DNA from: an uncultured candidate division Zixibacteria bacterium
Lineage (GTDB): Bacteria; Zixibacteria; MSB-5A5; GN15; FEB-12
NCBI GenBank assembly: GCA_963806185.1
Contig: CAWDXE010000004.1
Span: forward strand, 384,001 to 448,000
Direction of reading: 5' to 3'
DNA: 64,000 nucleotides
The position numbers and the translations under genes were made by a program. The notes under the pieces are model-generated. The model was not told the DNA's origin, searched no databases, and saw only the letters and a program-made list of their open reading frames with translations. Shown in pieces: positions 10,256 to 21,139 of the stretch. Every line of letters starts with the position of its first letter. The first letter of the stretch is position 1.

Positions 10256-11548
10256 CTAGTCTCGGTCCAGTTTGACCTTCAGCGCATGAGTAGCGCAGGA
10301 AATGCAGGGGTCATAATTTCGCACAGCCTGCTCGCACAGCCAGGTCAATTTGTCGTCGGGCAAATCGGTGCGACTCGGGACAATCTGCCTGAGATCTTCT
10401 TCGATCGTCCTGAGATTCTGCGAGGTCGGAGGGACAATCTTGGAATTAAGGATGAATCCCTGCGCATCGATGGCGTACCGATGATAGAGCATGCCTCTGG
10501 GGGCTTCGGACGCGCCGCACCCGGTAGCTGCTTTTGGCGTTACCTCGATGGCAGGCGGGTCGGGCTCGACATAGTCATTGATGAGCCGAATCGATTCATC
10601 ACAAGCGAAGACGGTCTCAACGGCGCGGACGAGTATGCTCTTGAACGGATTGTTACATGTCTTGCCCAGTCCGGCCTGTTTGGCGGCGTCTTTGGCGACA
10701 TCCGGCAGGTGATCGAAATTCAGCGCGTATCGGGCGAGCGGTCCGACGTGATAGTTGCCCCTGTTCTTATGCTGTGAATGCAGGGCGTTGGAGTGCTGTA
10801 TGTGTTCCTCGAGGAAATGCGATTCGTATTCGTTCACCGCAATATCCAGACCCTTGGACGAAACGATTCGCCCTTCGGTAATCGGATACTCTTTCGGATG
10901 TCGCAGCGAGACGAATTCATAATCGTACTCGTATTCCGGAAACGTTAATGTTGACAGAAATTTGCATGCCTTGTAGGCTTCGTCGCGCGCCCATTTGAGC
11001 CGTTCGACGCAGGGGAGAAGCTCAGCCTTGCGAGGTGCGCGATAGAAGCCGCCGACGCGGACATTGACCGGGTGGATTTCGCGCCCGCCGACACCAATCA
11101 TGATATCGTTGCCAAGCTTCTTGAGCTTGAGGGCCATGTTGACGATGTCGGGATGATCCTTCGCCAGTTGGATGGCGTCTTCGTATCCCAGGAAGTCGGG
11201 TGCGTGAAGCATGAAAACATGAAGGGCGTGGCTTTCGATCCATTCGCCGCAGTAGAGCAGACGGCGCAGTGCCCGGATCTGGCCGTCGACGGTCACGCCG
11301 CAGGCCTGCTCCATAGCCTGCACCGAACTGGTCTGATAGGCGACAGGGCAGATGCCGCAGATACGAGCAGTTATATCAGGAGCCTCGGTGAACTTGCGGC
11401 CGCGGAGAAATGCCTCAAAAAAACGCGGTGGTTCAAAGATGTCGACGCGAACCTCTACGACTTCCTGGTCCTTGACTTTGACATATATGCCGCCCTCGCC
11501 TTCGACGCGAGCGAGGAAATCGACTTTTACGGTCTTAGCTTTTTTCAT
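10256..11548 (-). CDS. Group 3b [NiFe]-hydrogenase large (alpha) subunit
   Basis: ARVEGEG, L1 RICGICP, EAPRG and L2 DPCISCATH with a short C-terminal extension. Confidence 0.95.
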   Translation of the reverse strand: MKKAKTVKVDFLARVEGEGGIYVKVKDQEVVEVRVDIFEPPRFFEAFLRGRKFTEAPDITARICGICPVAYQTSSVQAMEQACGVTVDGQIRALRRLLYCGEWIESHALHVFMLHAPDFLGYEDAIQLAKDHPDIVNMALKLKKLGNDIMIGVGGREIHPVNVRVGGFYRAPRKAELLPCVERLKWARDEAYKACKFLSTLTFPEYEYDYEFVSLRHPKEYPITEGRIVSSKGLDIAVNEYESHFLEEHIQHSNALHSQHKNRGNYHVGPLARYALNFDHLPDVAKDAAKQAGLGKTCNNPFKSILVRAVETVFACDESIRLINDYVEPDPPAIEVTPKAATGCGASEAPRGMLYHRYAIDAQGFILNSKIVPPTSQNLRTIEEDLRQIVPSRTDLPDDKLTWLCEQAVRNYDPCISCATHALKVKLDRD

Positions 11549-12323
11549 GGGCTTCACTCTCTTTGCGGAACGACTCCGCGTAGGCATTGAAGCTGCGATA
11601 GGAGCGGATCAGCGCGTCATCGTCCGCACCCATTTGCTTCCAGCGCTCGCTGAGCGAACGCGGATTCGGCGTTTCTTTCGGGCCAAAGCAGCCATAGCAG
11701 CCACGGTGAAAGCCCGGACACAGGGCTCCGCAGCCGGCGTACGTCACCGGGCCCAGGCAGGGCGTACCATGGGCCACCATGACGCAGACTTGCCCCTTGA
11801 GCTTGCACTCAACACAGACTGAGTGTGTCGGCGTATTTGGTCGGCGGCCATGGAGGAGGGCATTGATGACTTCCAACAGCTGGTATTTGTTGATCGGACA
11901 GCCGCGCAACTCGTAGTCGACAAAAACATGATCACGGATCGGTGTCGATTTGCCCAGCGTCTCGATATATTCCGGGTGTGCATACACCATCGGAATGAAC
12001 GTGTTTACGTCTTTAAAATTACGCAGCGCTTGAATCCCACCCGCCGTGGCACAGGCCCCGATCGTGATCAGTAACGTCGACATGCGGCGCACTTTGTGGA
12101 TTCGCTCTGCGTCGTGGGGCGTGGTGATCGACCCTTCCACCAGAGAGACATCGTACGGTCCCTTTTGAACGGCCCGTGAAGCCTCCGGGAAGTTGGCGAT
12201 TTCGATGACTTCCGCCACCTTCAGCAGCTCGTCTTCGCAGTCAAGCAGGGAAAGCTGGCAGCCATCACAGGAAGCGAATTTCCACACCGCCACTCGAGGT
12301 CTCTTACGAACTCTTGTGCTCAT
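11535..12323 (-). CDS. Group 3b [NiFe]-hydrogenase small (delta) subunit
   Basis: [16 protein letters not shown] and C-terminal Fe-S cysteines. Confidence 0.93.
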   Translation of the reverse strand: MSTRVRKRPRVAVWKFASCDGCQLSLLDCEDELLKVAEVIEIANFPEASRAVQKGPYDVSLVEGSITTPHDAERIHKVRRMSTLLITIGACATAGGIQALRNFKDVNTFIPMVYAHPEYIETLGKSTPIRDHVFVDYELRGCPINKYQLLEVINALLHGRRPNTPTHSVCVECKLKGQVCVMVAHGTPCLGPVTYAGCGALCPGFHRGCYGCFGPKETPNPRSLSERWKQMGADDDALIRSYRSFNAYAESFRKESEAHEKS

Positions 12324-13183
12324 ATCTCGTACCTGCTCAACAGGTCCTTAATGGCGGCGTAATTGTACACCGGACCGTCTTTGCAGACAAACAACGGCCC
12401 GAATTGACAGTGGCCGCAGTGGCCGACGCCGCACTTCATGTTTCGTTCCATTGACAGATAAATGCCGTTGTCCGGGACGCCGCGTTTCTGAAGTTCCGCT
12501 ACGCTGTACGTCATCATGATCTCCGGGCCGCAAATCATGGCGATGGTGTTTTTCGGGTCGAACGGAGCCTTGGGCACAAGAGTCGTTACAACACCGACAT
12601 TCCCCCGCCAATGAGCAATGGCCCGGTCGACGGTCACGAAGACTTCGATGTCAAAGCGCGAGCGCCACTGAGCCAACTCGGACCGGTAGAGGATATCCTC
12701 CGGGCTGCGCGTGCCGTAGAGCAGGACAACCTTGCCGAATTTCTTGCGGTGGTTTAACACCCGGTACAGGGCGGGACGAAGCGGTGCCAGCCCAATGCCG
12801 CCGGCGAGAAAAACAACGTCGTTGCCTTCGGCTTCCTCAAGCGGCCAGGGAGTCCCATACGGGCCGCGCACGCCGATGATTGCACCCGGCTTGAGAGCGC
12901 GCATGGCCCGGGTAACCGCGCCCACCTCGCGCGTCGTGTGCACGAGCGGGTGGTGACGATCCGGGTCACCACTGATGGAAATCGGGACCTCACCTACGCC
13001 GAATACATACAGCATGTTAAACTGTCCGGGTCGGTAGGGCGGGATTTCGCCGCTGAGCGGCTCCAGCTCCATCGTGAATGTATCCGCCGTGTTCTTGTGC
13101 ACGCGCGCAAGCGTGTACAAGTGAGGCAGCATCGGATTGGCTATCTCCGGGACAGCCTCATATACGCTTAGAGTCTTTGGCAT
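12320..13183 (-). CDS. Group 3b hydrogenase gamma subunit (FAD/NAD(P)-binding, 2Fe-2S)
   Basis: [29 protein letters not shown] and [11 protein letters not shown]...VCKDGPV. Confidence 0.93.
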   Translation of the reverse strand: MPKTLSVYEAVPEIANPMLPHLYTLARVHKNTADTFTMELEPLSGEIPPYRPGQFNMLYVFGVGEVPISISGDPDRHHPLVHTTREVGAVTRAMRALKPGAIIGVRGPYGTPWPLEEAEGNDVVFLAGGIGLAPLRPALYRVLNHRKKFGKVVLLYGTRSPEDILYRSELAQWRSRFDIEVFVTVDRAIAHWRGNVGVVTTLVPKAPFDPKNTIAMICGPEIMMTYSVAELQKRGVPDNGIYLSMERNMKCGVGHCGHCQFGPLFVCKDGPVYNYAAIKDLLSRYEI

Positions 13184-13628
13184 ACATATCCACCAACTGC
13201 AGGCGCGTGGCCCGCAGATGCTTTTGGATCACATCTCCGAGTCGTTTCATAATCTCGTAACCGAGGGCAGGGTCATTGTCACATTTGGTACGCAGACACT
13301 TGCCGTCAATCTGGATGCAACGGAGCAGAGTCACCGCCCGGGCGTCAATCTGCCAGTGATACGGCGGCATCAACCAGCTCCACCCGAGCACTTCACCGTC
13401 GGACAGCGTCTGAATCGTGACACTGCCGCGATTGCCGGCCGGCACATCCAGCGCCAGTGTACCGCTTCGGATGAAGATGAATTTGTCGGCCTCCTGTCCG
13501 GCACGAAAGACAAACTCCCCTTCGTCATACTTCGCGTTGGACGCACAACCAACCAGCGTCTGGACGAAGTCTTCCCGCATCCCCTCGATGAACGGATGTT
13601 CTCTCAGATAAGGCTCAAGTGTTTGCAT
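13158..13628 (-). CDS. Stand-alone cyclic nucleotide-binding domain protein within hydrogenase operon
   Basis: cNMP fold motifs ([23 protein letters not shown]); no HTH evident. Confidence 0.85.
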   Translation of the reverse strand: MQTLEPYLREHPFIEGMREDFVQTLVGCASNAKYDEGEFVFRAGQEADKFIFIRSGTLALDVPAGNRGSVTIQTLSDGEVLGWSWLMPPYHWQIDARAVTLLRCIQIDGKCLRTKCDNDPALGYEIMKRLGDVIQKHLRATRLQLVDMYAKDSKRI

Positions 13629-14805
13629 CGACTGGCTCCTTTGCCCTGACCGTCGTATTTCGCTGATGTTCTGTCTGGCGAATTGCCCGGACCTCTTCTG
13701 TGATATCTATTCCCACCGGACACCAGGTTATGCACCGGCCGCAGCCGACACACCCCATGGAACCGAACTGATCAACCCAGTTGGCCAATTTGTGCATTAA
13801 CCAGTGACGATACCGTCCGCGCGCGGAAGGGCGAACACTGCCGCCATGAATATAGGAGAAGTCAACTGTGAAGCAGGAATCCCACCGCTTGCTTCGCGAT
13901 CCGATCGACCCCGTGAGATCGGTTGTATCTTCGACCGTGGTGCAGAAACAGGTCGGACAGACCAGCGTACAATTCGCACAGGTAAGACAGCGTTTCTCGA
14001 CGTCCTGCCAGCGCGGATGACCCGCATTACGCTGCAGCATTTCCTTAAGCCCTTCGGTCTCGACCCGCCGTCCCATACTATCTCGTGCGATGGCCGTCAA
14101 CTGTTCAATGTTCTCGGCTTCTTCTTTTGTCGCCTTGCGGGTGGGGAGCTTGGCCGCGATTTCGCCGCCCAGGGTCGAACCAATCTCGACCAGAAAGTAG
14201 TGCGACTCACCCGAATGCACTTCGGTAAGACAGAGGTCATAACTGCCCTTGGCACGCGGACCCGTCTCCATGCTAGTGCAAAAGCAGGTACCACCGGCGC
14301 GCGTGCAATTGACGGCCACGAAGAACGACGCATTGCGGCGGGCGGCATAGGCCGGATCCACATATTCGCTGTGCATCAACACACGGTCCTGAATGGCGAT
14401 CGCCGCGACTTCGCACGGTCGAACGCCGATGAATGCTTGTTTGGGCGCCTGAATGGGCTGCGGTTTCAGGGTGAAGCCGCGTTCGGTCTGATGTGCCTCA
14501 AAGAGTGTGGAGGTCGGTTCGTGAAGAAACCGCTTCCATGATGTGCTGGCGACGGTGCAGCCGAAGACCACCGGATCATCAGTCTTGGTCACCAGGTAAG
14601 TACCCGCTTCCTGATCGTCATGATAGCCGGCAGGCAATTCGTCCGCTGTGGCGAGCGTCGTGTATACCAAGGCCCGGTCCCGGATTGTGGGGCCGATGAC
14701 AGTGTAACCGGCTTTGTGCAAGGCATCAAACAGAGCGGTCAGATCGCTCCGCTTCAGAACTTTTATCGGACTGATATTAGAGTCGGTTTTTTCCATAATT
14801 GCCAT
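13615..14805 (-). CDS. Group 3b hydrogenase beta subunit (4Fe-4S)
   Basis: [27 protein letters not shown] and [17 protein letters not shown]. Confidence 0.93.
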   Translation of the reverse strand: MAIMEKTDSNISPIKVLKRSDLTALFDALHKAGYTVIGPTIRDRALVYTTLATADELPAGYHDDQEAGTYLVTKTDDPVVFGCTVASTSWKRFLHEPTSTLFEAHQTERGFTLKPQPIQAPKQAFIGVRPCEVAAIAIQDRVLMHSEYVDPAYAARRNASFFVAVNCTRAGGTCFCTSMETGPRAKGSYDLCLTEVHSGESHYFLVEIGSTLGGEIAAKLPTRKATKEEAENIEQLTAIARDSMGRRVETEGLKEMLQRNAGHPRWQDVEKRCLTCANCTLVCPTCFCTTVEDTTDLTGSIGSRSKRWDSCFTVDFSYIHGGSVRPSARGRYRHWLMHKLANWVDQFGSMGCVGCGRCITWCPVGIDITEEVRAIRQTEHQRNTTVRAKEPVDANT

Positions 14806-14894
14806 CCGCAGACTCAGTCGTCCCCCTTTTCAAACCTAACCTACTCCTAATTATCGACAAATATGCAAAGTAGTTTGCACAAGTCAAGCGTGAT

Positions 14895-14912
14895 TTGAGA
14901 TTTTTTTCACAT
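14895..14912. promoter_or_regulatory. Putative Crp/Fnr- or Rex-type operator upstream of hydrogenase operon
   Basis: TTGAGATTTTTTTCACAT. On the minus strand it precedes a TTGACT -35 by about 8 bp. Confidence 0.55.
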
Positions 14913-15185
14913 TCTCAAACATGATGACGATGGGATATTTATGAGGTAAGCTATTGCGATATAGTTTACTATAATTGTTCGATTTATTGTATTGATTATG
15001 CACATTTTGGTGATAATTAGCCTATTCCGTTACCGGGTAGAGAGTAACACCGTTCCGAGGACTAGGTGCTGTGGCACTCATGGTCGCGGCAGCTGCATTT
15101 CATATGGCTTGACAGACAATGAAATAACCGGGTATTGTGGCCCTGCCGAGAGCCCTCTCACTGTCACTTACTTGGCGTTGAGTTC

Positions 15186-17318
15186 ATGAAGCAAGTACTA
15201 GTCAAGAACGGCGAAATCGTTGTGGAAAGCGTCCCGCCCCCGGCGGCGGTTCCCGGGCATCTGCTTGTTCGGGTTCACTACTCACTGATAAGTACCGGAA
15301 CGGAAATGAGCGTGGTGGCGACCTCGTCGGCGTCGCTACTGGACCGAATCCGAAAGAAGCCGGAACTCATTCGCAAAGGTCTGGACTCCATAAAGGAAAA
15401 GGGGCTAACCGAGACGCTTCGGATCGCCACTGGCGGCGGATCACTTGGCCAACCCTTGGGCTACAGCGCAGCGGGGAAGATTGTCGAGGTTGGCGATGGT
15501 GTCAGTGAATTCCGGGCTGGCGACTTGGTGGCCTGTGCGGGTGCCGGGATGGCCAATCATGCGGAACTAATCTCCGTACCGCGAAACCTGACTGTCCGGA
15601 TTCCCGAAGGGGTTAGCGTGAAGCAGGCGTCGTCTGTCACCCTGGGAGCGATAGCGATGCAGGGTTTGCGGCAGGCCGAACCTCGGTTGGGTGAAATTGT
15701 CATGGTCAGCGGCCTCGGATTGATTGGACTGCTGACGGTCCAGATGTTGAGGGCCAACGGTTGCCGCGTGATCGGTCTGGACATCGACCCAGAAAGATTG
15801 GCCCTTGCGAGCGAATTAGGGGCCGAGGCGACAATCAACGCCACGGATGACAATCTGGTGGAAAGGGCGCTTTCACTCAGCGATGGGATGGGAGTGGATA
15901 CCAGCATTATCACGGCGGCCACGGAGAGCGACGCACCGCTCAATCTGGCGATGAAGTACACGCGCCGCAAAGGCAAGGTGGTGGTCGTCGGGGCAGTAGG
16001 CCTCAACCTGAACCGATCTCCCTTCTATGAAAAGGAAATCGACCTGCGCATTTCCTGTTCGTATGGCCCCGGGCGTTACGACGCGAGCTATGAACTGCAA
16101 GGACTGGATTATCCCTATGCCTACGTTCGGTGGACGGAAAACCGCAATATGGAGGCCTATCTTCAACTCGTCGCCGCTGGCAAGATTAATGTCAACCGGT
16201 TGGCGCAGAGAGAGTATGAGATCGAGCAAGCGCCTGAAGCATATCGCGTGCTGAGCGAAGCCAGCGAAAAGCCTTTGGCGGTCTTGCTAAGATACGAGCA
16301 GGAAGCACCGCCCCAATTCTCATCCCGGGTCGAAATTGCTCATCCTTCAGCTACTCCGAAGGCGGGAGTGATTTCGGTCGGGCTGATCGGCGCCGGCGCG
16401 TTTGCGGTAAATTCGCTGCTTCCGAATCTGCAGAGCCTGTCAGACAGATTTCGACTCCATGCCGTGGTCAGCCAAAACGGGTTGAAGGCAAAGGAAGCGG
16501 CCGGCCGATTCGGGGCGAAATACGCGACGAGCGATGTCCGTCAACTCCTGGCCGATCCGGAAATCGATACGATCTTCATCGCCACCCGGCACGATTCGCA
16601 CGCCGAACTTGCCGCGAGCGCACTCGACGCGGGGAAAGCGGTCTTTCTTGAAAAACCGATGGCACTTGATGGCGACGGCCTGCAGGCTCTTTCCGCTGCC
16701 ATCGGGCGCTCCGACAGGCCGTTTACGACCGGCTTCAATCGACGCTTTTCGCCGTTATGCGCACAGATACGCGATTTGGTGAGCAAGCGCTCGGGACCCC
16801 TGATTGTCACTTATCAGATGAACGCCGGTTTCATCCCACCTGACCATTGGACCCAGTCGCCAGCGGGTGGAGGACGCAACATTGGAGAGGCGTGTCACAT
16901 CTACGATCTGTTTGGTTCCCTGACTAATTCGACGGTGCGCTCCATATCCGCTGACGGTATTGGCCTGGTATCGGAACGGCATCGGAGAAACGACAATTTC
17001 GTGGCGACGATCGTGTTCGACGATGGCTCGGTATGCACCCTGACTTATACGGCATTGGGCAATCCCACCTTCCCGAAGGAGCAGATGACGGTCTTCTGCG
17101 ACAATCAGGTTTTGACGCTTAATGACTACCGCGAGCTCACTCTGTGGTCGGGAGCGGCGAGAGTCACCAAATTGCCCCATCAGGATAAGGGGCATCTGGC
17201 GTTATTGCGTCAATTTGCCGAGGGGATAAAGAAGGGAGAGAGGTTTGTCATTCCGGTTGCGCAAATCGCGCAAGCTACGGAAATCAGCTTCGAGGTGGAG
17301 CGACTTCTCACCAGGTAA
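15186..17318 (+). CDS. Bi-domain oxidoreductase (MDR-type dehydrogenase + Gfo/Idh/MocA), polysaccharide-biosynthesis type
   Basis: SLISTGTE, GLGLIG, SYGPGRYD..YE..G.DYP..YVRWTE.RN, GLIGAG, EKP, GFNRRF and GEACH. Confidence 0.88.
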   Translation: MKQVLVKNGEIVVESVPPPAAVPGHLLVRVHYSLISTGTEMSVVATSSASLLDRIRKKPELIRKGLDSIKEKGLTETLRIATGGGSLGQPLGYSAAGKIVEVGDGVSEFRAGDLVACAGAGMANHAELISVPRNLTVRIPEGVSVKQASSVTLGAIAMQGLRQAEPRLGEIVMVSGLGLIGLLTVQMLRANGCRVIGLDIDPERLALASELGAEATINATDDNLVERALSLSDGMGVDTSIITAATESDAPLNLAMKYTRRKGKVVVVGAVGLNLNRSPFYEKEIDLRISCSYGPGRYDASYELQGLDYPYAYVRWTENRNMEAYLQLVAAGKINVNRLAQREYEIEQAPEAYRVLSEASEKPLAVLLRYEQEAPPQFSSRVEIAHPSATPKAGVISVGLIGAGAFAVNSLLPNLQSLSDRFRLHAVVSQNGLKAKEAAGRFGAKYATSDVRQLLADPEIDTIFIATRHDSHAELAASALDAGKAVFLEKPMALDGDGLQALSAAIGRSDRPFTTGFNRRFSPLCAQIRDLVSKRSGPLIVTYQMNAGFIPPDHWTQSPAGGGRNIGEACHIYDLFGSLTNSTVRSISADGIGLVSERHRRNDNFVATIVFDDGSVCTLTYTALGNPTFPKEQMTVFCDNQVLTLNDYRELTLWSGAARVTKLPHQDKGHLALLRQFAEGIKKGERFVIPVAQIAQATEISFEVERLLTR

Positions 17319-17321
17319 TCG

Positions 17322-19391
17322 TCACTCCTCAGGCCGCATTTCGCAGGACAATTGCCAGGCATAAGACCGTTCGTCCGAATTGTCGGTGACGATGTGGATG
17401 GTCGTGTTTTGTTCGATCCGTCCGTACGATTCAGAGTACTTGGTCTCCTGAATCTCAAATCTGTCCGGTCTCCAACCGAGAGTGAGTTTCACTCGCCACC
17501 TTCCGCTGGAAATGACCGCCTCCTGCTCATTAAGAATTTCACATTTCGCCGTCGGATCCAGCGGGAGATGCCACTCAAGCACATGCCCCAAACTTTCGAG
17601 AAATCGATCATTCACGGAGACGCACTCGTGCGGCTTATCGAGCTCGATGGTCCGCATGTGGACGACCGGTGACGGCAATCGGTTGTATCCGTAATGACAG
17701 GCGGACAGTCGATCAGTGTCATCGTTGGTAGTCCACGAGAGCACTTTGGGAAAATCGCTCGGGATCATGCGGAACGGATTGTCGGCAGGAAATTCATTGA
17801 TCTCGCGACCATCAATTTGAACAGTGTTGTGACAGGCTGTTGACCGAAACCGATTGCGGACAGCCATCGATCGTGAATACCCCCCGGTCCCCGGATCAAC
17901 AATTACCCGGGAGTCCCCGACAGAGAGAGTGAAGCTCAGCGTATCGTTGTGCGCGTGCGCGCCCACGCCGTTGAGACCGACATTTCCGCAATCGACAAGG
18001 CAGTGGATATTTCTACTGCGCATGACGTAGATACCGCTTACCGGAAACGGCGTGCTTTTTGGCGGGGCCGGCGAGACTTCTGCCGTCCGCGCCGTTTTGC
18101 CCACGGGCAGCAACCAGTCTGCTTCTTCGATTGAATCGTACGCCCGAGCAAACGTGGCATTGTCCGGGAAAAGTCGGGCCGCCAAGGCGAGCAGGTAGTG
18201 GTGATCATTCATGGGCCGCGTAAATGGGCTGACGATAGTATGGAGTCGGCCGTTGTCATTGTCCCCGATTTGAGGCACCAGTCCGTGGACCGGCGTGTAC
18301 GCCGCTACGAACTCGAAAGCCCTCTCCAGGTGGCACCAGGTCTCGTAAGCCAAATCAAGCCCGTTGGCCCTCAGGAGCAGAGCGGGTATAGTGATCAGTT
18401 CGAGCGCAAGACGGTGGTATGGAATCGAAGCCTCAAAGGAAACTCCGTCTGCCTGTAACTGCCTCCATATCTGCTTCTCCAGTTCCCGGCGTGCGAAAGA
18501 CAGCCACTGCGACGAGTCCGGAAACTCGGGAAACAGTACACCCAGATAGATGAGTCCGGCCAGATCGGCCAGGTAATGATTATTGGTGTTGTTGGGGTGA
18601 CGTTCCAGATTCTGATCGATGAACCTGCCGTGGGTTTCCAGACTGGCAAGAAACCGTCGCACGAAGGTACTATCGAGACGATCGTCGTGTCGAACCAGTT
18701 GCCACCAGTAGGTCCAGTTGCACGCGCGGATGGCGACGTCCATCGCGCACAGCCAATTTGGTCCATGGTAAACGGGATTCTTATCCAGCCAATCGATGAG
18801 CATGTCCTGCGCGGCCCGCAGATTCCGTAAGTCGTTTGTCAGTCGCAGAGCGATGCCGAGAGACGGCAGGTATTGAAAGCGCGAGAGTTCCCAGACCCAT
18901 TTGATGTCGGCGCCAACATCTCCTCGCATCGAGAGGTCGCCGACGAATCGAAGTGGCCAACGGAATCCGCTCACGGCGTCTCGGTGCCAATCGATGGCGT
19001 TGCCCAGAGCGATAATACCCGAGCCGAGGAGGTCCACCTCATGATTGCAGACCCGGTCGGCATAGGCAATCAGCCGTCCGTAATATGGTAGCAAGGGCAA
19101 GTCGGAGGGATCAACGAAGAACGCCGGCCGGGGCCCGACGCGAATGGACCGTATCTGTTCAGCGGACCACTGGGCTGCACGCCGACGCTCGCGCCGTTGT
19201 TCAGACTTGGCGCCGCATAATCGAGCATACCAGTCATGCACATACTCGGACGTACGATAGACAATCGCATCCGGGCGTCTTAGTGCGTTGAAGAAGCGTT
19301 GCTTGCCAGTCAAACCTGTATAACCCTCAGACTGAGTATATTCCACTGCCCTTATCCGAGCAACAAAAGACGAGGAACCAAAAGCGGCCAT
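17322..19391 (-). CDS. Heparinase II/III-like protein
   Basis: DIKWVWELSR, NNHY, DGVSFEAS..YH, IGDNDNGR, HAHND.LSF, VDPG and RST..HNTV. Confidence 0.85.
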   Translation of the reverse strand: MAAFGSSSFVARIRAVEYTQSEGYTGLTGKQRFFNALRRPDAIVYRTSEYVHDWYARLCGAKSEQRRERRRAAQWSAEQIRSIRVGPRPAFFVDPSDLPLLPYYGRLIAYADRVCNHEVDLLGSGIIALGNAIDWHRDAVSGFRWPLRFVGDLSMRGDVGADIKWVWELSRFQYLPSLGIALRLTNDLRNLRAAQDMLIDWLDKNPVYHGPNWLCAMDVAIRACNWTYWWQLVRHDDRLDSTFVRRFLASLETHGRFIDQNLERHPNNTNNHYLADLAGLIYLGVLFPEFPDSSQWLSFARRELEKQIWRQLQADGVSFEASIPYHRLALELITIPALLLRANGLDLAYETWCHLERAFEFVAAYTPVHGLVPQIGDNDNGRLHTIVSPFTRPMNDHHYLLALAARLFPDNATFARAYDSIEEADWLLPVGKTARTAEVSPAPPKSTPFPVSGIYVMRSRNIHCLVDCGNVGLNGVGAHAHNDTLSFTLSVGDSRVIVDPGTGGYSRSMAVRNRFRSTACHNTVQIDGREINEFPADNPFRMIPSDFPKVLSWTTNDDTDRLSACHYGYNRLPSPVVHMRTIELDKPHECVSVNDRFLESLGHVLEWHLPLDPTAKCEILNEQEAVISSGRWRVKLTLGWRPDRFEIQETKYSESYGRIEQNTTIHIVTDNSDERSYAWQLSCEMRPEE

Positions 19392-19505
19392 TTGGCTTTA
19401 TAGGTAACGACTAGTCTGAATAGCATTGACACATACGTTCGAATTTGAGATCAATAACTATGAAGCCACCAGCCGGCGAACGGTTGGGGCCACGAAGGAG
19501 GATCA

Positions 19506-19934
19506 GTGCCAATACGCAAAGCAACAGCCGTTTGGGAAGGGACATTTCCACAGGGCAGCGGAAGAATCACGCTTGACAGCGGAACATTTAACGGCAAGTA
19601 CTCATTCGGTACCCGTTTCGGCGGCGATCCGGGGACCAATCCGGAGGAATTGATAGCGGCCGCACATGCAGGCTGCTTCTCGATGGCTCTGGCGGCCGGA
19701 CTTACGAAGGCAGGTTACGCTCCGCGCTTCATCGAGACGGTGGCGAAGGTGGATCTCCAGCAGGTCGATGGTGGTTTTGGAATCGTCAAAATTGGCCTGT
19801 CGAGTGCGGCCAACGTCCCCGATATCTCTGACGCCGAATTTCAGAAGCTTGCCGCAGACACGAAGGCCGGCTGCCCGGTTTCAAAGGCATTGGCAGCGGT
19901 CGAAATCACTCTGGACGCCCACCTGACCAAGTAG
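19506..19934 (+). CDS. osmC: OsmC family peroxiredoxin
   Basis: GTNPEELIAAAHAGCFSMAL and CPVSKAL; GTG start after AAGGAGG. Confidence 0.92.
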   Translation: MPIRKATAVWEGTFPQGSGRITLDSGTFNGKYSFGTRFGGDPGTNPEELIAAAHAGCFSMALAAGLTKAGYAPRFIETVAKVDLQQVDGGFGIVKIGLSSAANVPDISDAEFQKLAADTKAGCPVSKALAAVEITLDAHLTK

Positions 19935-19963
19935 CCTGATGACCGTCGGCTGGTTACCGCTTA

Positions 19964-20671
19964 TTAATGACAGCAGGGTGGGGTGTTCGTTGTCATCTTC
20001 GGAGTCAGATCCGGGCTGATGTATTTGATGCCCAGCCCCATTCCGCGCAGGATCAATAGCGAGCCAAGAATGATCGCGAATACGGGCAGTGCTCTGATGA
20101 GTACTGTCCGTACACGCACCGGTAAGAGCCTCCCGAATAGCGACGTGGCGAGCATCAGCGGTATTGTCCCCAGTCCGAAGAAGAACATGTAGAGTGAGGC
20201 TCCCTGCGCGCTCCCGGTCGTCGCTGACGCTGCGAGTCCCACATAGACGAAGCCGCATGGCAAGAGACCGTTGAGCAAGCCGATCCCGAAAAGCGAGAGC
20301 TGGGAACTTGACTGGAGCCGGCCACGCAACTTGCCGGTGACAAACTTGGTGATGCCGGACGAAAGTCCGAAAGGCAGAACTCGCGCAAACCACTTCGAGG
20401 GGAGAATGACCATCAACAGTATGATGATGCCCGACAGGATCGACAGCGTTTGCTGGGTGCCGAGTATCGCGACTGATTTACCGGCGAGTCCGATGACTGC
20501 CCCCATGGCGGCATAGGTTATTGCCCGACCAAGATTATACAGCAATCTACTGCTTACTAGTCGCAGACGAGACGGATATTTCCCGGGTAGAGCCAGGGCC
20601 AACGGTCCGCACATGCCGACACAGTGCACACTCCCGAGGAATCCGACTACCAAGGCACTCCACCATTCCAT
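19964..20671 (-). CDS. cbb3-associated membrane protein (TauE/DsbD_2-like)
   Basis: GSVHCVGMCGP, YNLGR, GLLPCGFVY and FGLGT. Confidence 0.88.
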   Translation of the reverse strand: MEWWSALVVGFLGSVHCVGMCGPLALALPGKYPSRLRLVSSRLLYNLGRAITYAAMGAVIGLAGKSVAILGTQQTLSILSGIIILLMVILPSKWFARVLPFGLSSGITKFVTGKLRGRLQSSSQLSLFGIGLLNGLLPCGFVYVGLAASATTGSAQGASLYMFFFGLGTIPLMLATSLFGRLLPVRVRTVLIRALPVFAIILGSLLILRGMGLGIKYISPDLTPKMTTNTPPCCH

Positions 20672-20674
20672 ACA

Positions 20675-21139
20675 TTACTCGACAATAAAGGTCTGTTCCT
20701 GATAATACGCACTATCCAGATAACGCCATTTCATCTTGGCATTCCACTTGCCCTTTGGCAGACTCGACATGTCCGCACGCTGAATCCCGTCGACTCCCAA
20801 AGCAAGTGTCACCGTCCGATCGTACGACGAATTGGATGGTCGAAACAGGACTACTTCGCCAGAGACCTCCTGCGGGCGGAAGGACGACGGGAACGCGACG
20901 ACGAGAGCATTTCCAGCGTGATCGTAGGCAATTGTAGGCGGTTGTGCCAGCGTCGATACCCGCTCCATTTCGTCAATTCGCCCCTGATGCGCGATTCCTC
21001 GCTCGTAGTATTGCTTGTCGACCAGGTCGAAGCGCTGATACGACGCAAAGCCGACGCACGCAAGAATAAACACGACAAAGCCGCCAAAGAGCACCGCCAC
21101 AAAATAACCCCAGCGACTATCTCTCTCAGTCGTCGTCAT
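20675..21139 (-). CDS. ccoH: FixH/CcoH family protein
   Basis: N-terminal TM, DLV...YYE.G and RPS...D motifs; follows ccoG. Confidence 0.8.
   Translation of the reverse strand: MTTTERDSRWGYFVAVLFGGFVVFILACVGFASYQRFDLVDKQYYERGIAHQGRIDEMERVSTLAQPPTIAYDHAGNALVVAFPSSFRPQEVSGEVVLFRPSNSSYDRTVTLALGVDGIQRADMSSLPKGKWNAKMKWRYLDSAYYQEQTFIVE

Noticed and set aside
10256..10320. Selenocysteine [NiFeSe] hydrogenase
   Set aside because: The L2 motif reads DPCISC with ordinary cysteine codons.
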